Source: a bacterium (GTDB lineage: Bacteria; Bacteroidota; Bacteroidia; Bacteroidales; Bacteroidaceae). Taken from it: DNA of 64,000 bases. The stretch is from the NCBI GenBank assembly GCA_963657075.1, contig CAVKLF010000001.1, forward strand, positions 40,749-104,748, written 5' to 3'. Of this stretch, positions 47,384 to 57,056 are shown piece by piece. Position 1 is the first letter of the stretch. Each line of letters opens with the position of its first letter. The notes below the pieces were generated by a model. It made no database searches. It saw only the letters and a program-made list of their open reading frames with translations, and was not told the DNA's origin. The translations under genes and the position numbers were made by a program.

Positions 47384-48536
47384 AGCAAGTGCAGTCGGTC
47401 AAATCACCGTCATATCCAATGGTACAACTTACAACACTCTTTTGCAGTGTAACATCGGAGACATCGTGCAGTCGTACGAGGGAGAGTTTTCCTCGCCCAC
47501 AAAAATCTCCCCTGATTATACGGCAGCAGGTGCTACGACTCCAATTCTTATGTTGATGCTCTTCTCGTCAGAAAGAGGGAACGGCAACGCTTTGACGAAC
47601 GTAGACAACAGTAGGGTGAGCTGGTACATTAACCAGACTCAGCTAATTGAGTTTGACAGCAATACTGGTCTCTCCACCAACTCCTTTAACGGAGATAAAG
47701 GTCACTTCAAGAAGACCACCGCCTCTATTACAGATGATAGCGGCAGCAATATCACTGTGCCAGCGCTAGAGGTGAAGAAGAACCTCGTCGCCATAAACGA
47801 TGGAAGCTCATTCACCATCACCGCCAAATGTACTGCCCCTGTTATCAACTCGTCCGTAGAACTATCCGCAACCTACCAGTGTACGATTACCACGGCAGCA
47901 GATGTTACCAAAAAAGTGTCTATCGCAGCCGATGACTCTCACCCATTTACCATTATGTCAAAGGGAGGAACTTGCAGGGTGGTAGCCTTGATAGAAGGCA
48001 CAGATACCACCGACACCAAATACTCCTATGCATGGAGCTTATTCCAGAACGGTGCTTGGGTAACCAAGGCTTGCGTAACAAGTAAACCCAACAGACTTGA
48101 CATCAACGAAGCCGATGTGGACTCTTATACTATCGTCAAGGTCGAGGTAGCGAAGGATGGAGCTAGCTTCGGAAGTGATATTCAGACTATCACCGATACA
48201 TCTGACCCATATAAGATTTACCCCAACCCGAAGGAGGTGACCTACGATACATCGGGCAACGACACCGACAATTACCCAGACGATTACGAGAAAGGCGAAG
48301 CAGCTGCTGAGACATTTACCGTAGGTGATGGCAGAACCATCCGCTACAAGCCTATCTTGCAGCCAACGAGTGCCAACCAAGATAAGTCGCAGAAATACAA
48401 GATGTGGCTCTACGACGACGCAGGCAATGACTTCACGCCAGAGGGATTCTCTACGCCAGCCAAGCACTTCGATGTAAAGAGCGATGTTGTCGCACCTCAC
48501 AGAGGCTGTACATACATTATACAAACCACCGACTAA
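47376..48536 (+). CDS. Putative tail/fibre protein (Ig-like)
   Basis: 386-aa T/S-rich beta protein starting ASAVGQITV. Confidence 0.5.
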   Translation: MAKASAVGQITVISNGTTYNTLLQCNIGDIVQSYEGEFSSPTKISPDYTAAGATTPILMLMLFSSERGNGNALTNVDNSRVSWYINQTQLIEFDSNTGLSTNSFNGDKGHFKKTTASITDDSGSNITVPALEVKKNLVAINDGSSFTITAKCTAPVINSSVELSATYQCTITTAADVTKKVSIAADDSHPFTIMSKGGTCRVVALIEGTDTTDTKYSYAWSLFQNGAWVTKACVTSKPNRLDINEADVDSYTIVKVEVAKDGASFGSDIQTITDTSDPYKIYPNPKEVTYDTSGNDTDNYPDDYEKGEAAAETFTVGDGRTIRYKPILQPTSANQDKSQKYKMWLYDDAGNDFTPEGFSTPAKHFDVKSDVVAPHRGCTYIIQTTD

Positions 48537-48549
48537 TAAAACATAGCTT

Positions 48550-50694
48550 ATGAGTGATTCAAATACCCCTATTGCATCTTGCACAGGGCGAATAACAGTA
48601 ATAAAAGATGGTGAGAACGGCGTTGGCATCGAGAGTGCCGACGTTGTTTTTGCCGTTTCTTTGCAGGGTCAGACTGCCCCCGATGACGATTATAGCGGAT
48701 GGGAGACTCTGTTCAGCGACCTTATCCTTACCCCCGATTACTATGTGTGGAGCGGAACGAGGATAACCAACACCAAAGGTAAGTCATGGATAACGGGAAA
48801 ACGTTGCCTTGGCAAGTGTTCTGCCTTCGCTAGCATCACCGAGCAATACGCACTCGGGGATAGCAACACCACTGCTCCTACAAGCGGCTGGAGTGGTATC
48901 TATCCTACACCAGTCAAAGGAAAATACTTATGGACAAGAAGCGAACTGATATACCAAGGAGTATCAGAACCAGTCTATGCTAATTATCAGTGCGTAGGTT
49001 ACTTTGCCAACGATGGCATTAGCGGCACGAGCTTCACCATGCGGGGCAAGGCTATCGCCCACTATGCCAACTACACCGCCTACAAGGCATCGGGCAATAC
49101 GGAGAAGGGCGACATCCTGATAGATAATAACAAGAACGATGACTCCTCGTACAGCTCCCTCTCACTTCCCTCCACCCCCTACGTGCTGAGCTTCGACAGC
49201 AACGGCAACGAGTGTTACGACAAGGCAAGCAATGGTGATGCCTACACCGTAGACACTGAGCTGTATGTGTCGAACGGTACGATATGGGCGGATGTGGGCA
49301 AGATAATCGGCGCACAAGGAGAGGCAGGGAAGGATGCGCTGAATGTGGTAGTAGGAACGACAGAGCTATACACGCAGTGGCTTGGTGACGACTCGTATTC
49401 AGTAGCAAAGCCTGGCACTACTATGATGGTGGTAAAAGGTGGCAAACTATTGAAGTTCGGCACAGACTACACCTTCATTTATACCACTCAGCTTTTCGAT
49501 AAGGATTATCTGGATGTGGACTATGGTGATGGTTACACGCTTCATGGTTATATGAACGCCGCTGGTGTGAAGAAGATAACATACACGGCTGATAATAACA
49601 GGACGACGCAAGTGCCATCCTCCACCTCTTCGACAACACTGACCGTTACGGCAAGCGATGGTAGCAAGGCCAGCGTAACGATAACCTTGCACGTAGACCT
49701 GCAGGGCAAGATATTTAAGTCGGGCATAGATATAGCGAATGACATGATTACCATCACTTCAGACAAGACTATGTTTATGAACAACAGCGGAAAGTCCATG
49801 GGTATGTTTGAAAACGACAAGTTCATTGCAGACCTGATAGACGCCAAGACCGTAGTAACGAATGGCTTGCAAGCACAGACCATCGACGCACAGGATGCGA
49901 AGATAAGTAATCTAAACGTGACGAATGTGAGCGTCTCTGGCACAATCCGAAGTCCATACAAGGCTATTTCTGCTGGAAACGAGCTATCAGAGGTTGACAA
50001 CGTCAATATTCTCACGACTTATGCATTTGTCAATAATTTCAGCCTCTCATGGGATGACGCAATGATAGGAAGAACCATAAGGCTATCAAACCGAACGTCA
50101 GACAGATGTGTGATAACGGCTCCTAGCGACAAGTACTTCTTGGTAAATGGCGAGAATGCGACAAGCCTTGAGATTAGCCCTCAGTCATGCGTCATCATTC
50201 ATGGCTATGGTGAGAGTGGGGCATTCAAACTGTGGGTAGTGGAGGGTGGCTACAGGTACAGCGACGCATTCACTGGGTTTGTCAGAACCTTTCCGATGAA
50301 GGTCTTATCAATGGGGTTTGTTCTTGGAGGAAAAACAACAACAGACATGAGTAGCCAATGCACGGCAGTAGGGCGTGTGGGGGTTAGTAGACTCGACCTA
50401 GGCATCTACCGCTTGTATCTCCCTACTGAATGGACAAGCTACTTCATTACCAGAGGTTACACGTCAGACCTAGCCCAGTATCTTGGTGTCATGCTTACTG
50501 GCTTCGGATCTTCGGAGGGGTACTCAACTGCGCCCATCAAGGCTACGGTCAAGGATATAAGCTTTAACGCTGGAAGAACGCAGATTTATTTGGACGTATG
50601 GACGAGTGACGATGATACAGTCAACGACGGCAGTTTCCAATATCTGATTTATCTGATGGACAACACGAGTTATGTGATCCAATCAAGCTTATAA
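48550..50694 (+). CDS. Putative tail fibre protein
   Basis: DGENGVGI, TTAPTSGWS...GKYLWTRS and GAQGEAGKD motifs typical of fibre proteins. Confidence 0.6.
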   Translation: MSDSNTPIASCTGRITVIKDGENGVGIESADVVFAVSLQGQTAPDDDYSGWETLFSDLILTPDYYVWSGTRITNTKGKSWITGKRCLGKCSAFASITEQYALGDSNTTAPTSGWSGIYPTPVKGKYLWTRSELIYQGVSEPVYANYQCVGYFANDGISGTSFTMRGKAIAHYANYTAYKASGNTEKGDILIDNNKNDDSSYSSLSLPSTPYVLSFDSNGNECYDKASNGDAYTVDTELYVSNGTIWADVGKIIGAQGEAGKDALNVVVGTTELYTQWLGDDSYSVAKPGTTMMVVKGGKLLKFGTDYTFIYTTQLFDKDYLDVDYGDGYTLHGYMNAAGVKKITYTADNNRTTQVPSSTSSTTLTVTASDGSKASVTITLHVDLQGKIFKSGIDIANDMITITSDKTMFMNNSGKSMGMFENDKFIADLIDAKTVVTNGLQAQTIDAQDAKISNLNVTNVSVSGTIRSPYKAISAGNELSEVDNVNILTTYAFVNNFSLSWDDAMIGRTIRLSNRTSDRCVITAPSDKYFLVNGENATSLEISPQSCVIIHGYGESGAFKLWVVEGGYRYSDAFTGFVRTFPMKVLSMGFVLGGKTTTDMSSQCTAVGRVGVSRLDLGIYRLYLPTEWTSYFITRGYTSDLAQYLGVMLTGFGSSEGYSTAPIKATVKDISFNAGRTQIYLDVWTSDDDTVNDGSFQYLIYLMDNTSYVIQSSL

Positions 50695-50853
50695 AAAAGA
50701 TAATAAAAGACAACGACTTCACTTATGCGTTCTAGTGATAAGCGTTCTTAGAGCGCACGATGGACGTAACAGAAGACAATGTGATATTGACAAATAGTGA
50801 TCGGTAAGAAAAATGAGAAATAAAAAATAAGTATAACATAACACGATAAAATC

Positions 50854-51633
50854 ATGGCAATACAGACAAAAACATTGAGCAGCTGGCTCGCAGAAAATCC
50901 AACGGTGGTAACCAACGCCATCAAGTCGCAGATTGATGCTCAGGTACAGAGCTACATCAAATCCAACCCAACGGTGATAACAGACGCTATCGGCAACTAC
51001 CTTCGTCCTCTTCAGGATGGCGTATTCATCGGCAAGGCACAGAAAGAAACATGGGGAACGTATATGCGAATCGAGCCTTGGCAGACTACCAATATTGGCA
51101 TCACATCGGCAGATGCAGATGCCATCGTCATTCAGTTCGGAGGCTACCGCTTAGGCATCTCCCTCACTGAGCCAGATGCGCTCGCTTGGGGAAGCCAAGC
51201 GGTAGTAGGCTATCAAACCACTAGCGACATGAACACCTTCGACGGTAAGACTCGCACAGCAGCCATCATGGCCAGTTCGTCATTCAAGAGTGATGATGCA
51301 GCTACCTACGCCGTATCTTATGCGTACAACTATAGCAAGACGCACACTGGTGATGCTGGCGGCGATAGCACCATCGGTGCACATTCTTGGTGGCTGCCTT
51401 CCATGGGCGACCTTGCGCTAATTCATCAGCATTTCGAGACAATCAACCTCGCCCTTACTCGCATCAAGAACGCAGGCAAGCAAAGCGTTTCTTTGTTGCA
51501 GCGGGCGAATTACTGGTCTAGTTGTGAGGCTTCGGGCACGGGTGCGTGGAATCTGAATTTCAGCACTGGCGGTCGGCTCGGCAGCAATAAGGTTTCGAGT
51601 AAGTGTCACGTTCGTCCAGTTACAGCATTTTAA
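50854..51633 (+). CDS. DGR target protein with C-terminal C-type-lectin-like variable domain (probable receptor-binding protein)
   Basis: WWLPSMGDL, YWSSCE, AWNLNF, VRPVTAF; 3' end contains the VR. Confidence 0.88.
   Translation: MAIQTKTLSSWLAENPTVVTNAIKSQIDAQVQSYIKSNPTVITDAIGNYLRPLQDGVFIGKAQKETWGTYMRIEPWQTTNIGITSADADAIVIQFGGYRLGISLTEPDALAWGSQAVVGYQTTSDMNTFDGKTRTAAIMASSSFKSDDAATYAVSYAYNYSKTHTGDAGGDSTIGAHSWWLPSMGDLALIHQHFETINLALTRIKNAGKQSVSLLQRANYWSSCEASGTGAWNLNFSTGGRLGSNKVSSKCHVRPVTAF
51500..51627 (+). repeat. DGR variable repeat (VR)
   Basis: 128-bp match to 52240-52367 with 15 mismatches, all at TR adenines. Confidence 0.95.
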
Positions 51634-51741
51634 TCTCTTTATCTCTTCATCTCTTTAACTCTTTCCGACCGAAGGGAGGCAAGCAAGGTTGGAGGGAGGC
51701 GGAGAGGGAGATTCTTAACACGAAATATATAAAAAATATCT

Positions 51742-52089
51742 ATGGCACTCGCAAGCAGCTTGCAGATTTATAAAGACACGTTTGAGTTGGTTGACAAGTT
51801 AGTCACTTGGGCTGAGAACTTTCCGAGAAGACATAAGTTCACGCTCGGGGAGAAGCTCATCAAGGTGTCGTTGGAACTATTCGAATATATCCAGTTGGCA
51901 AACATGAGTATAGAGAACAGACAACGACACATGATGGGGTTCAGAATCAAGATGGAACTACTGAAAACCATTCTCAGACTGTGCTTTAACCGAAAGTTGT
52001 TTGATGAGAAGAAGGCAGCGGATATTTGCAGATTAACGACCATCATCGGTAGACAGACTACAGCTTGGGGTAACTCCAAGAAGGGCTAG
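51742..52089 (+). CDS. avd: DGR accessory variability determinant (Avd, four-helix bundle)
   Basis: 115 aa, basic, FPRRHKFTLGEK...IGRQTTAW; lies between VR and TR. Confidence 0.85.
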   Translation: MALASSLQIYKDTFELVDKLVTWAENFPRRHKFTLGEKLIKVSLELFEYIQLANMSIENRQRHMMGFRIKMELLKTILRLCFNRKLFDEKKAADICRLTTIIGRQTTAWGNSKKG

Positions 52090-52239
52090 TCCCCTTGGAG
52101 TAAAAGTGAGAGTATGATAGGGCTACGGCTCATCGTAGAAACGATGCTCCTTATTTTAATGGTCTTGCCGCAGTCAAGGCGCACTGTCATTTGTACGGCA
52201 GAGCGCACCTGCTAAGATGTATAAGCAGAGCAAGAAAAT

Positions 52240-52367
52240 AGCGGACGAATTACTGGTCTAGTTGTGAGAATTCGGGCACGAATGCGTGGAATCTGAATTT
52301 CAGCAATGGCAATCGGAACAACAACAATAAGGTTTCGAATAAGTATCACGTTCGTCCAGTTACAGCA
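52240..52367 (+). repeat. DGR template repeat (TR)
   Basis: Adenine-rich copy of the VR with 12 AAY codons in the VR frame; between avd and RT. Confidence 0.95.
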
Positions 52368-52397
52368 CTAGATAGGAGTATAGAGGCAACAACAGTC

Positions 52398-53669
52398 ATG
52401 GTAAAGGCAGAGGATATATTGGCGGCGCATTATAATTGTCTCAAAGGCAAGGCATCATCGCCCGATGCTGTGCGCTTTGATGTAAACCTGTTCGAGAACA
52501 TCACCGACTTGGTGGAAGCCATCAATAGTAGGACTTACGAGCCTCTACCATCCATCACCTTTGTTGTTACCCGACCTGTCTACCGAGAGGTCTTTGCCGC
52601 CAGCTACAGAGACAGGGTGGTGCATCATTACATCGCCCTGCGCCTAGAGCCTTTGTTCGAAAGCATATTCAGTGACCGCACATACAACTGCCGTGCAGGC
52701 AAAGGGCAGCTTTATGGTATCAAGCAGCTCGCCTCAGACATAGACGAATGCTCTGAGCATGGCAAGAGGAAATGCTACTATCTGAAATGTGACATGAAAG
52801 GTTTCTTTATGAGCATACCAAGAAAGCAGCTAGCCGACAAGATAGATAAGTTCATTGTAGAAAACTACAAAGGAGAGGATATTGAAGACCTCCGCTATCT
52901 TTCACGCACCACCATCATGAACGACCCGACAAAGAACTGCATCAAGCGTTCGAGCGAAGAACTGATGGACAAAGTCCCCTTCGGCAAGACGCTCCGAACT
53001 AGCAAACAAGGCTGCGGTCTACCCATCGGCAACCTGACAAGCCAGCACGATGCTAACTTTTGGCTGAACGACTTCGACTGGTGGCTAGACACTGCCCTGC
53101 ACATCTATCAGCACGGAAGATACGTAGATGACTTCTATCTCCTGCATACAAACAAGCAAGCCTTGCTGAACGCCATCCCCAAGATAAGAGCCTTCCTCGC
53201 CACCATGGGAGTAACCCTGCATCCAAGGAAAATCATGCTACAATCCACCCACAAGGGCATCACCTTCACAGGCATGGTAGTAAAGCAAGGCAGAGTATAT
53301 CCTAGCAACAGAATGGTAGGCAACTTCGAGAACCTCATTCATCACATGAACACCCTCCCTGAAGATTACACTATCGAGCAACTGGAGCACTACGTCTGCT
53401 CAATCAATAGCTACCTAGGTCTTATGCGCCATAGCGATAGCTACGACATCCGCAAGCGAGTGATGCTAGGCATGAATAAGAGGTTCTATCGTGAGCTGTA
53501 TATCAAAGGAAAGTACGAGTGCGTGAGAATCAAGAAGAGATACAGGAGAGATATTATAGTCAAGAAGAGATTAAAGTCAAACAAGAATAGCTTCAGAGAA
53601 TTATTAGATGGATATTATAGAGATACCGAACCGCATCCCGACAGAAAAGGAAATAAGCAAATGGCTTGA
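52398..53669 (+). CDS. DGR reverse transcriptase
   Basis: REVFAASYRDRVVHH, LKCDMKGFF, GLPIGNLTSQ, RYVDDF; intact 423-aa ORF. Confidence 0.95.
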   Translation: MVKAEDILAAHYNCLKGKASSPDAVRFDVNLFENITDLVEAINSRTYEPLPSITFVVTRPVYREVFAASYRDRVVHHYIALRLEPLFESIFSDRTYNCRAGKGQLYGIKQLASDIDECSEHGKRKCYYLKCDMKGFFMSIPRKQLADKIDKFIVENYKGEDIEDLRYLSRTTIMNDPTKNCIKRSSEELMDKVPFGKTLRTSKQGCGLPIGNLTSQHDANFWLNDFDWWLDTALHIYQHGRYVDDFYLLHTNKQALLNAIPKIRAFLATMGVTLHPRKIMLQSTHKGITFTGMVVKQGRVYPSNRMVGNFENLIHHMNTLPEDYTIEQLEHYVCSINSYLGLMRHSDSYDIRKRVMLGMNKRFYRELYIKGKYECVRIKKRYRRDIIVKKRLKSNKNSFRELLDGYYRDTEPHPDRKGNKQMA

Positions 53670-53745
53670 TGAGGGGAAAGTAGTGGTGATAGGAAAAGAG
53701 CGAAAAATGGTAGTAGTAAGCATCAAAAAGCTAATTAGACTATGA
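53608..53745 (+). CDS. Putative 45-aa protein overlapping the RT 3' end
   Basis: MDIIEIPNRIPTEKEISKWLDEGKVVVIGKERKMVVVSIKKLIRL; stop overlaps the next ATG (ATGA). Confidence 0.35.
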   Translation: MDIIEIPNRIPTEKEISKWLDEGKVVVIGKERKMVVVSIKKLIRL

Positions 53746-54375
53746 AGGATTGGACTGGAAATAAAGAGAGCATGTTCGTAACATTGGGAGCATCCAACCA
53801 TACGGACGAGGAGCGTGAGAGTAACGACTTTTACGCTACAGACCCAATAGCCATAGACAAGCTAGTGGGCAATTATTTTATAGAGCTGCCTCATAAGATA
53901 TGGGAGTGTGCTTGTGGTCAGGGACATCTGTCTGAGAAATTGAAGTTTTTCGGGTATGAAGTCATCTCCACAGGCCTTGTGAACAGGGGGTATGGGGGTA
54001 ATAGATTTCTTGAAAACAACCGATCTGCCAAAAGATTGTACTTGCATCCTCACCAATCCTCCATACAAATATGCACTAGACATCATCAACACCATCCAGA
54101 CGCAGACGCTTGCGATGCAGCAGGGACACAACAATATCACCACGGAGATATTGCGAAACCTAGCCACCATCACGGCGCAGAACCAGCAGGATAAGTGCGA
54201 CATCCTGAGAAGTGGCGAGATGAACACCCAGAGAATCGTGGACGTTCTCAACAACCATTGGCAGAGTGACCTACAGCAGAGGTACAATGATGCACGCTTG
54301 GAGCTGAGTCAGCAGAGACAGAATGCAGAACTGATAGCAGCGTTGAAGACAACCACGACTACTACTACAACTTAA
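53742..54375 (+). pseudogene. Frameshifted, truncated N6-adenine DNA methyltransferase fused to the C-terminal remnant of an unrelated coiled-coil gene
   Basis: DFYATDP, WECACGQGHL in one frame; IDFL...LTNPPY in another (shift near GGGGTATGGGGG ~53987-53998); abrupt switch after YALDI to Q/N-rich sequence. Confidence 0.7.
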
Positions 54376-54475
54376 TGTTAGGTTTTCATGAACTACAGTT
54401 TGAATCATTTATCAGGGGAAGGGGATGGCGAGAGGCTATTGCCTTCCCCACATAAACCATCAAACATTTTAAGCT

Positions 54476-54928
54476 ATGATGTTTAAGGAATTGAAATCGG
54501 GTTATCCGATATACCTGTTTGACCGTTCATCGGTCAAGTATGAGCAAGCGAAGGTGATGAGCGTGCAGCAGAACTTCCAACCATCCACCTTCGGGAAGAT
54601 GGAGGTGAACGTAACCGTGCAGACCATGGACGGCAAGCAGAACACCTACAGCGTGACCGACACAGAACAGACCGCTTATGCAGGAACGCTACTCCTAGCC
54701 ACCAGCAAGGAGTGTGTAGTAAACGAGGTGAATGTCCTGAAGAGTAACAGCGAGGAGGTGCTTGCCAAGGTGGAGGAGCACAAACGGATCGTGGAGGAAT
54801 GCAGCAAGCTGCTTGCCGAGCTGGACACCACCTTTCGAGACCAGCAGAAGACCAACGAGCGACTTAACCAGATGGAAAGCAAGTTGGACGAGATTTTTAA
54901 ATATGTCAAATCACAAAAACATGAATAA
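54476..54928 (+). CDS. Hypothetical phage protein with C-terminal coiled coil
   Basis: 150-aa ORF, AT-rich leader. Confidence 0.65.
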   Translation: MMFKELKSGYPIYLFDRSSVKYEQAKVMSVQQNFQPSTFGKMEVNVTVQTMDGKQNTYSVTDTEQTAYAGTLLLATSKECVVNEVNVLKSNSEEVLAKVEEHKRIVEECSKLLAELDTTFRDQQKTNERLNQMESKLDEIFKYVKSQKHE

Positions 54929-55418
54929 TATGAACTTAGTAGACCTAATAACAAAGTATCAGGCAAATACCACCGCAGAGCAGATGGTGGAAGTAACAAA
55001 AATCATTGGTGCATTCGTGGCGACGCACGCCACAGAGGAAGACTTGCACAAGCTATACAAGGAGATATATGGCGTAGTGGGCAACGGACACTTCAACGAG
55101 TACTTCGCTGAGGCTCAAATCAAGAAGATGACCTTCGAGGACGCACAAGGCGTGGAGCATCGTGCGCCTTACTACACCACTGCCAAGGCGCAGGAGATAT
55201 ATGAGACGGTGAAGGACGAGATACGCCCTTACAACCAATGGGACTTCGCCGTGGTGCTGAACATGATCTATGCGGACAACTACAACCTGATGAAGAAATG
55301 GTTTGCCGAGGAGAGCGAGGAGCAGCTTCTGGACAGAATGGTGGACTTAGCCGTGAACTGGCTGAGTGATGAAGACAATCCCTATGGCACGTGCAAGGCG
55401 TGGGGGTATTTTAAGTGA
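54921..55418 (+). CDS. Hypothetical phage protein
   Basis: GHFNEYFA...YNQWDFAVVLNMIYAD...WLSDED; start chosen at MNNMNL overlapping the previous stop. Confidence 0.65.
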   Translation: MNNMNLVDLITKYQANTTAEQMVEVTKIIGAFVATHATEEDLHKLYKEIYGVVGNGHFNEYFAEAQIKKMTFEDAQGVEHRAPYYTTAKAQEIYETVKDEIRPYNQWDFAVVLNMIYADNYNLMKKWFAEESEEQLLDRMVDLAVNWLSDEDNPYGTCKAWGYFK

Positions 55419-55523
55419 AGAGTGAAGAACGAAGAGTGAAGAATCCTCTTGCTTGTAATCGAGAGGAATTACGGAGAGGGCATGGGCTGATAAATAGGCT
55501 TGTGTTCTCTCTTTTTTCGTACA

Positions 55524-55570
55524 ACTTGCGCAACTTATCCATACTTTTCGGGAAGGATGCGTTAAATTTG
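55524..55570 (+). promoter_or_regulatory. Lysis operon promoter: ACTTGCGCAACTTATCC + 22 nt + TAAATTTG
   Basis: Motif 55524-55540, -7 box 55563-55570. Confidence 0.7.
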
Positions 55571-55619
55571 CATTGTTTCCATAATGGAGTGGGGACGGAA
55601 AATGAAATAAAATAATAAA

Positions 55620-56090
55620 ATGAATGATATTCGATGTTACTTAGTTGGGGTGGTGTGGACATTTCTGAGCCTATTGACACCCATCAAAGATTTCATGGTA
55701 GCCATGATGATACTATTCGGTCTGAACCTAGTGTTCGGCATTGTGGCTGCAAGGTTTAACGGTGAGGAATGGAGCTGGAAGAAATTTGGCATGTTCTTCG
55801 TTTGCTGTGCCATCTTCTTTGTTACGGTGGCAGCTCTGTTTATCATAGGACATTTCCTTCATTCGGACGGTGAGGCTCTATTTTGCGTGAAATGGGTGTG
55901 CATAGCAGCCACCTACCTCTTCACCACCAATATATTGAAGAACCTGAGACGGATGCTAGTGGAGGACTCACCCTGGTATAAGCTAGTAGACTACGGATAT
56001 TATGCGCTGACACTGGGATTCGTAGAGAAATTCCCTATATACAAGAAGTATCAAGAAAGCAAACAAGGACAGGAGCATGAAACAGAATGA
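55620..56090 (+). CDS. Putative holin
   Basis: Multiple TM helices, directly upstream of the endolysin. Confidence 0.7.
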   Translation: MNDIRCYLVGVVWTFLSLLTPIKDFMVAMMILFGLNLVFGIVAARFNGEEWSWKKFGMFFVCCAIFFVTVAALFIIGHFLHSDGEALFCVKWVCIAATYLFTTNILKNLRRMLVEDSPWYKLVDYGYYALTLGFVEKFPIYKKYQESKQGQEHETE

Positions 56091-56622
56091 AATCAGACTA
56101 GAGCAACTGCTGATGGCCATGCCTAATGCCGGAGAGAGGGCAGAGAAGTTTCTTCCCTATATCAACTGCTATGCCAAGGAGTTTGGTATCAACACCTCTC
56201 TGAGATGGGCGCACTATCTGGCTCAGATAGCCCACGAGAGCGCAGAGCTGAAATATACCAAGGAGATAGCGAGCGGAAAGGCATACGAGGGACGCAAAGA
56301 CCTTGGTAACACGCAGAAGGGGGATGGCGTGAAATATAAAGGCAGAGGACTGATACAGATAACAGGAAGAGCCAACTACACCAAGTATAAGCGATATTGT
56401 GGCTACGACGTAGTAAGCAGACCCGAACTTCTGGAGCAACCTCTTGGGGCAGTTCGCTCATCCATGTGGTATTGGAGCACGCACGGACTAAATGAGCTTG
56501 CCGATGCAGACAACCTCTTGAAGATAACACGAATTATTAACGGTGGCACCAACGGACTGACTAGCAGAAAGAGCTATCTGGTAAAAGCCAAGCGTGCCCT
56601 TAACATAACAACGGAATCATGA
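56077..56622 (+). CDS. Endolysin, glycoside hydrolase family 19
   Basis: AQIAHES, YKGRGLIQITGRANY, INGGTNGL motifs. Confidence 0.9.
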   Translation: MKQNEIRLEQLLMAMPNAGERAEKFLPYINCYAKEFGINTSLRWAHYLAQIAHESAELKYTKEIASGKAYEGRKDLGNTQKGDGVKYKGRGLIQITGRANYTKYKRYCGYDVVSRPELLEQPLGAVRSSMWYWSTHGLNELADADNLLKITRIINGGTNGLTSRKSYLVKAKRALNITTES

Positions 56623-57053
56623 CGAAAACGAAACATTGGATTATCTATTTTTTCGTATGGGTAGCATACTTCTCTGTATTGTTCCTGACCAGTTGCAAGA
56701 CAAAGTATGTGACGGTGCCGGAGTACCATACCCAATATGTGGTAAAAATCGACTCTGTAGAGAAAGTGGATAGCATCTATCAGAGAGACAGCATCTACGT
56801 ATGGCAGAAAGGAGATACCATATATAGTAACCGTACCATCCTTCAAGACAGGCTCAGATACGTTACTCGGGTAAAGACGGACTCCTTCATCAAGCGAGAC
56901 ACTATCTACGTGCCGAAGCCTACGGAGCGCACGCTGACCAAGGGTGAGCAGAGATATATCACGATAGGCAAGTATGCCGTAGGAGCCAGCTTAGTGATGG
57001 TATTAGCTATAAGTGTTTTGATAATCTGGTTGATACACAGAAAGAAAGGATAG
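56619..57053 (+). CDS. Putative spanin (lipoprotein with C-terminal TM)
   Basis: Lipobox LTSC, beta-rich DSI/DTI repeats, C-terminal hydrophobic helix; follows the endolysin. Confidence 0.6.
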   Translation: MTKTKHWIIYFFVWVAYFSVLFLTSCKTKYVTVPEYHTQYVVKIDSVEKVDSIYQRDSIYVWQKGDTIYSNRTILQDRLRYVTRVKTDSFIKRDTIYVPKPTERTLTKGEQRYITIGKYAVGASLVMVLAISVLIIWLIHRKKG

Positions 57054-57056
57054 AGC

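Noticed and set aside
52398..53669. RT as group II intron, retron or Abi RT
   Set aside because: Adjacent avd and an A-specific TR/VR pair identify it as a DGR; no maturase/endonuclease domain seen
55415..55445. GTGAAGA-type short tandem repeat
   Set aside because: Simple intergenic repeat; too short and without unique spacers to be CRISPR
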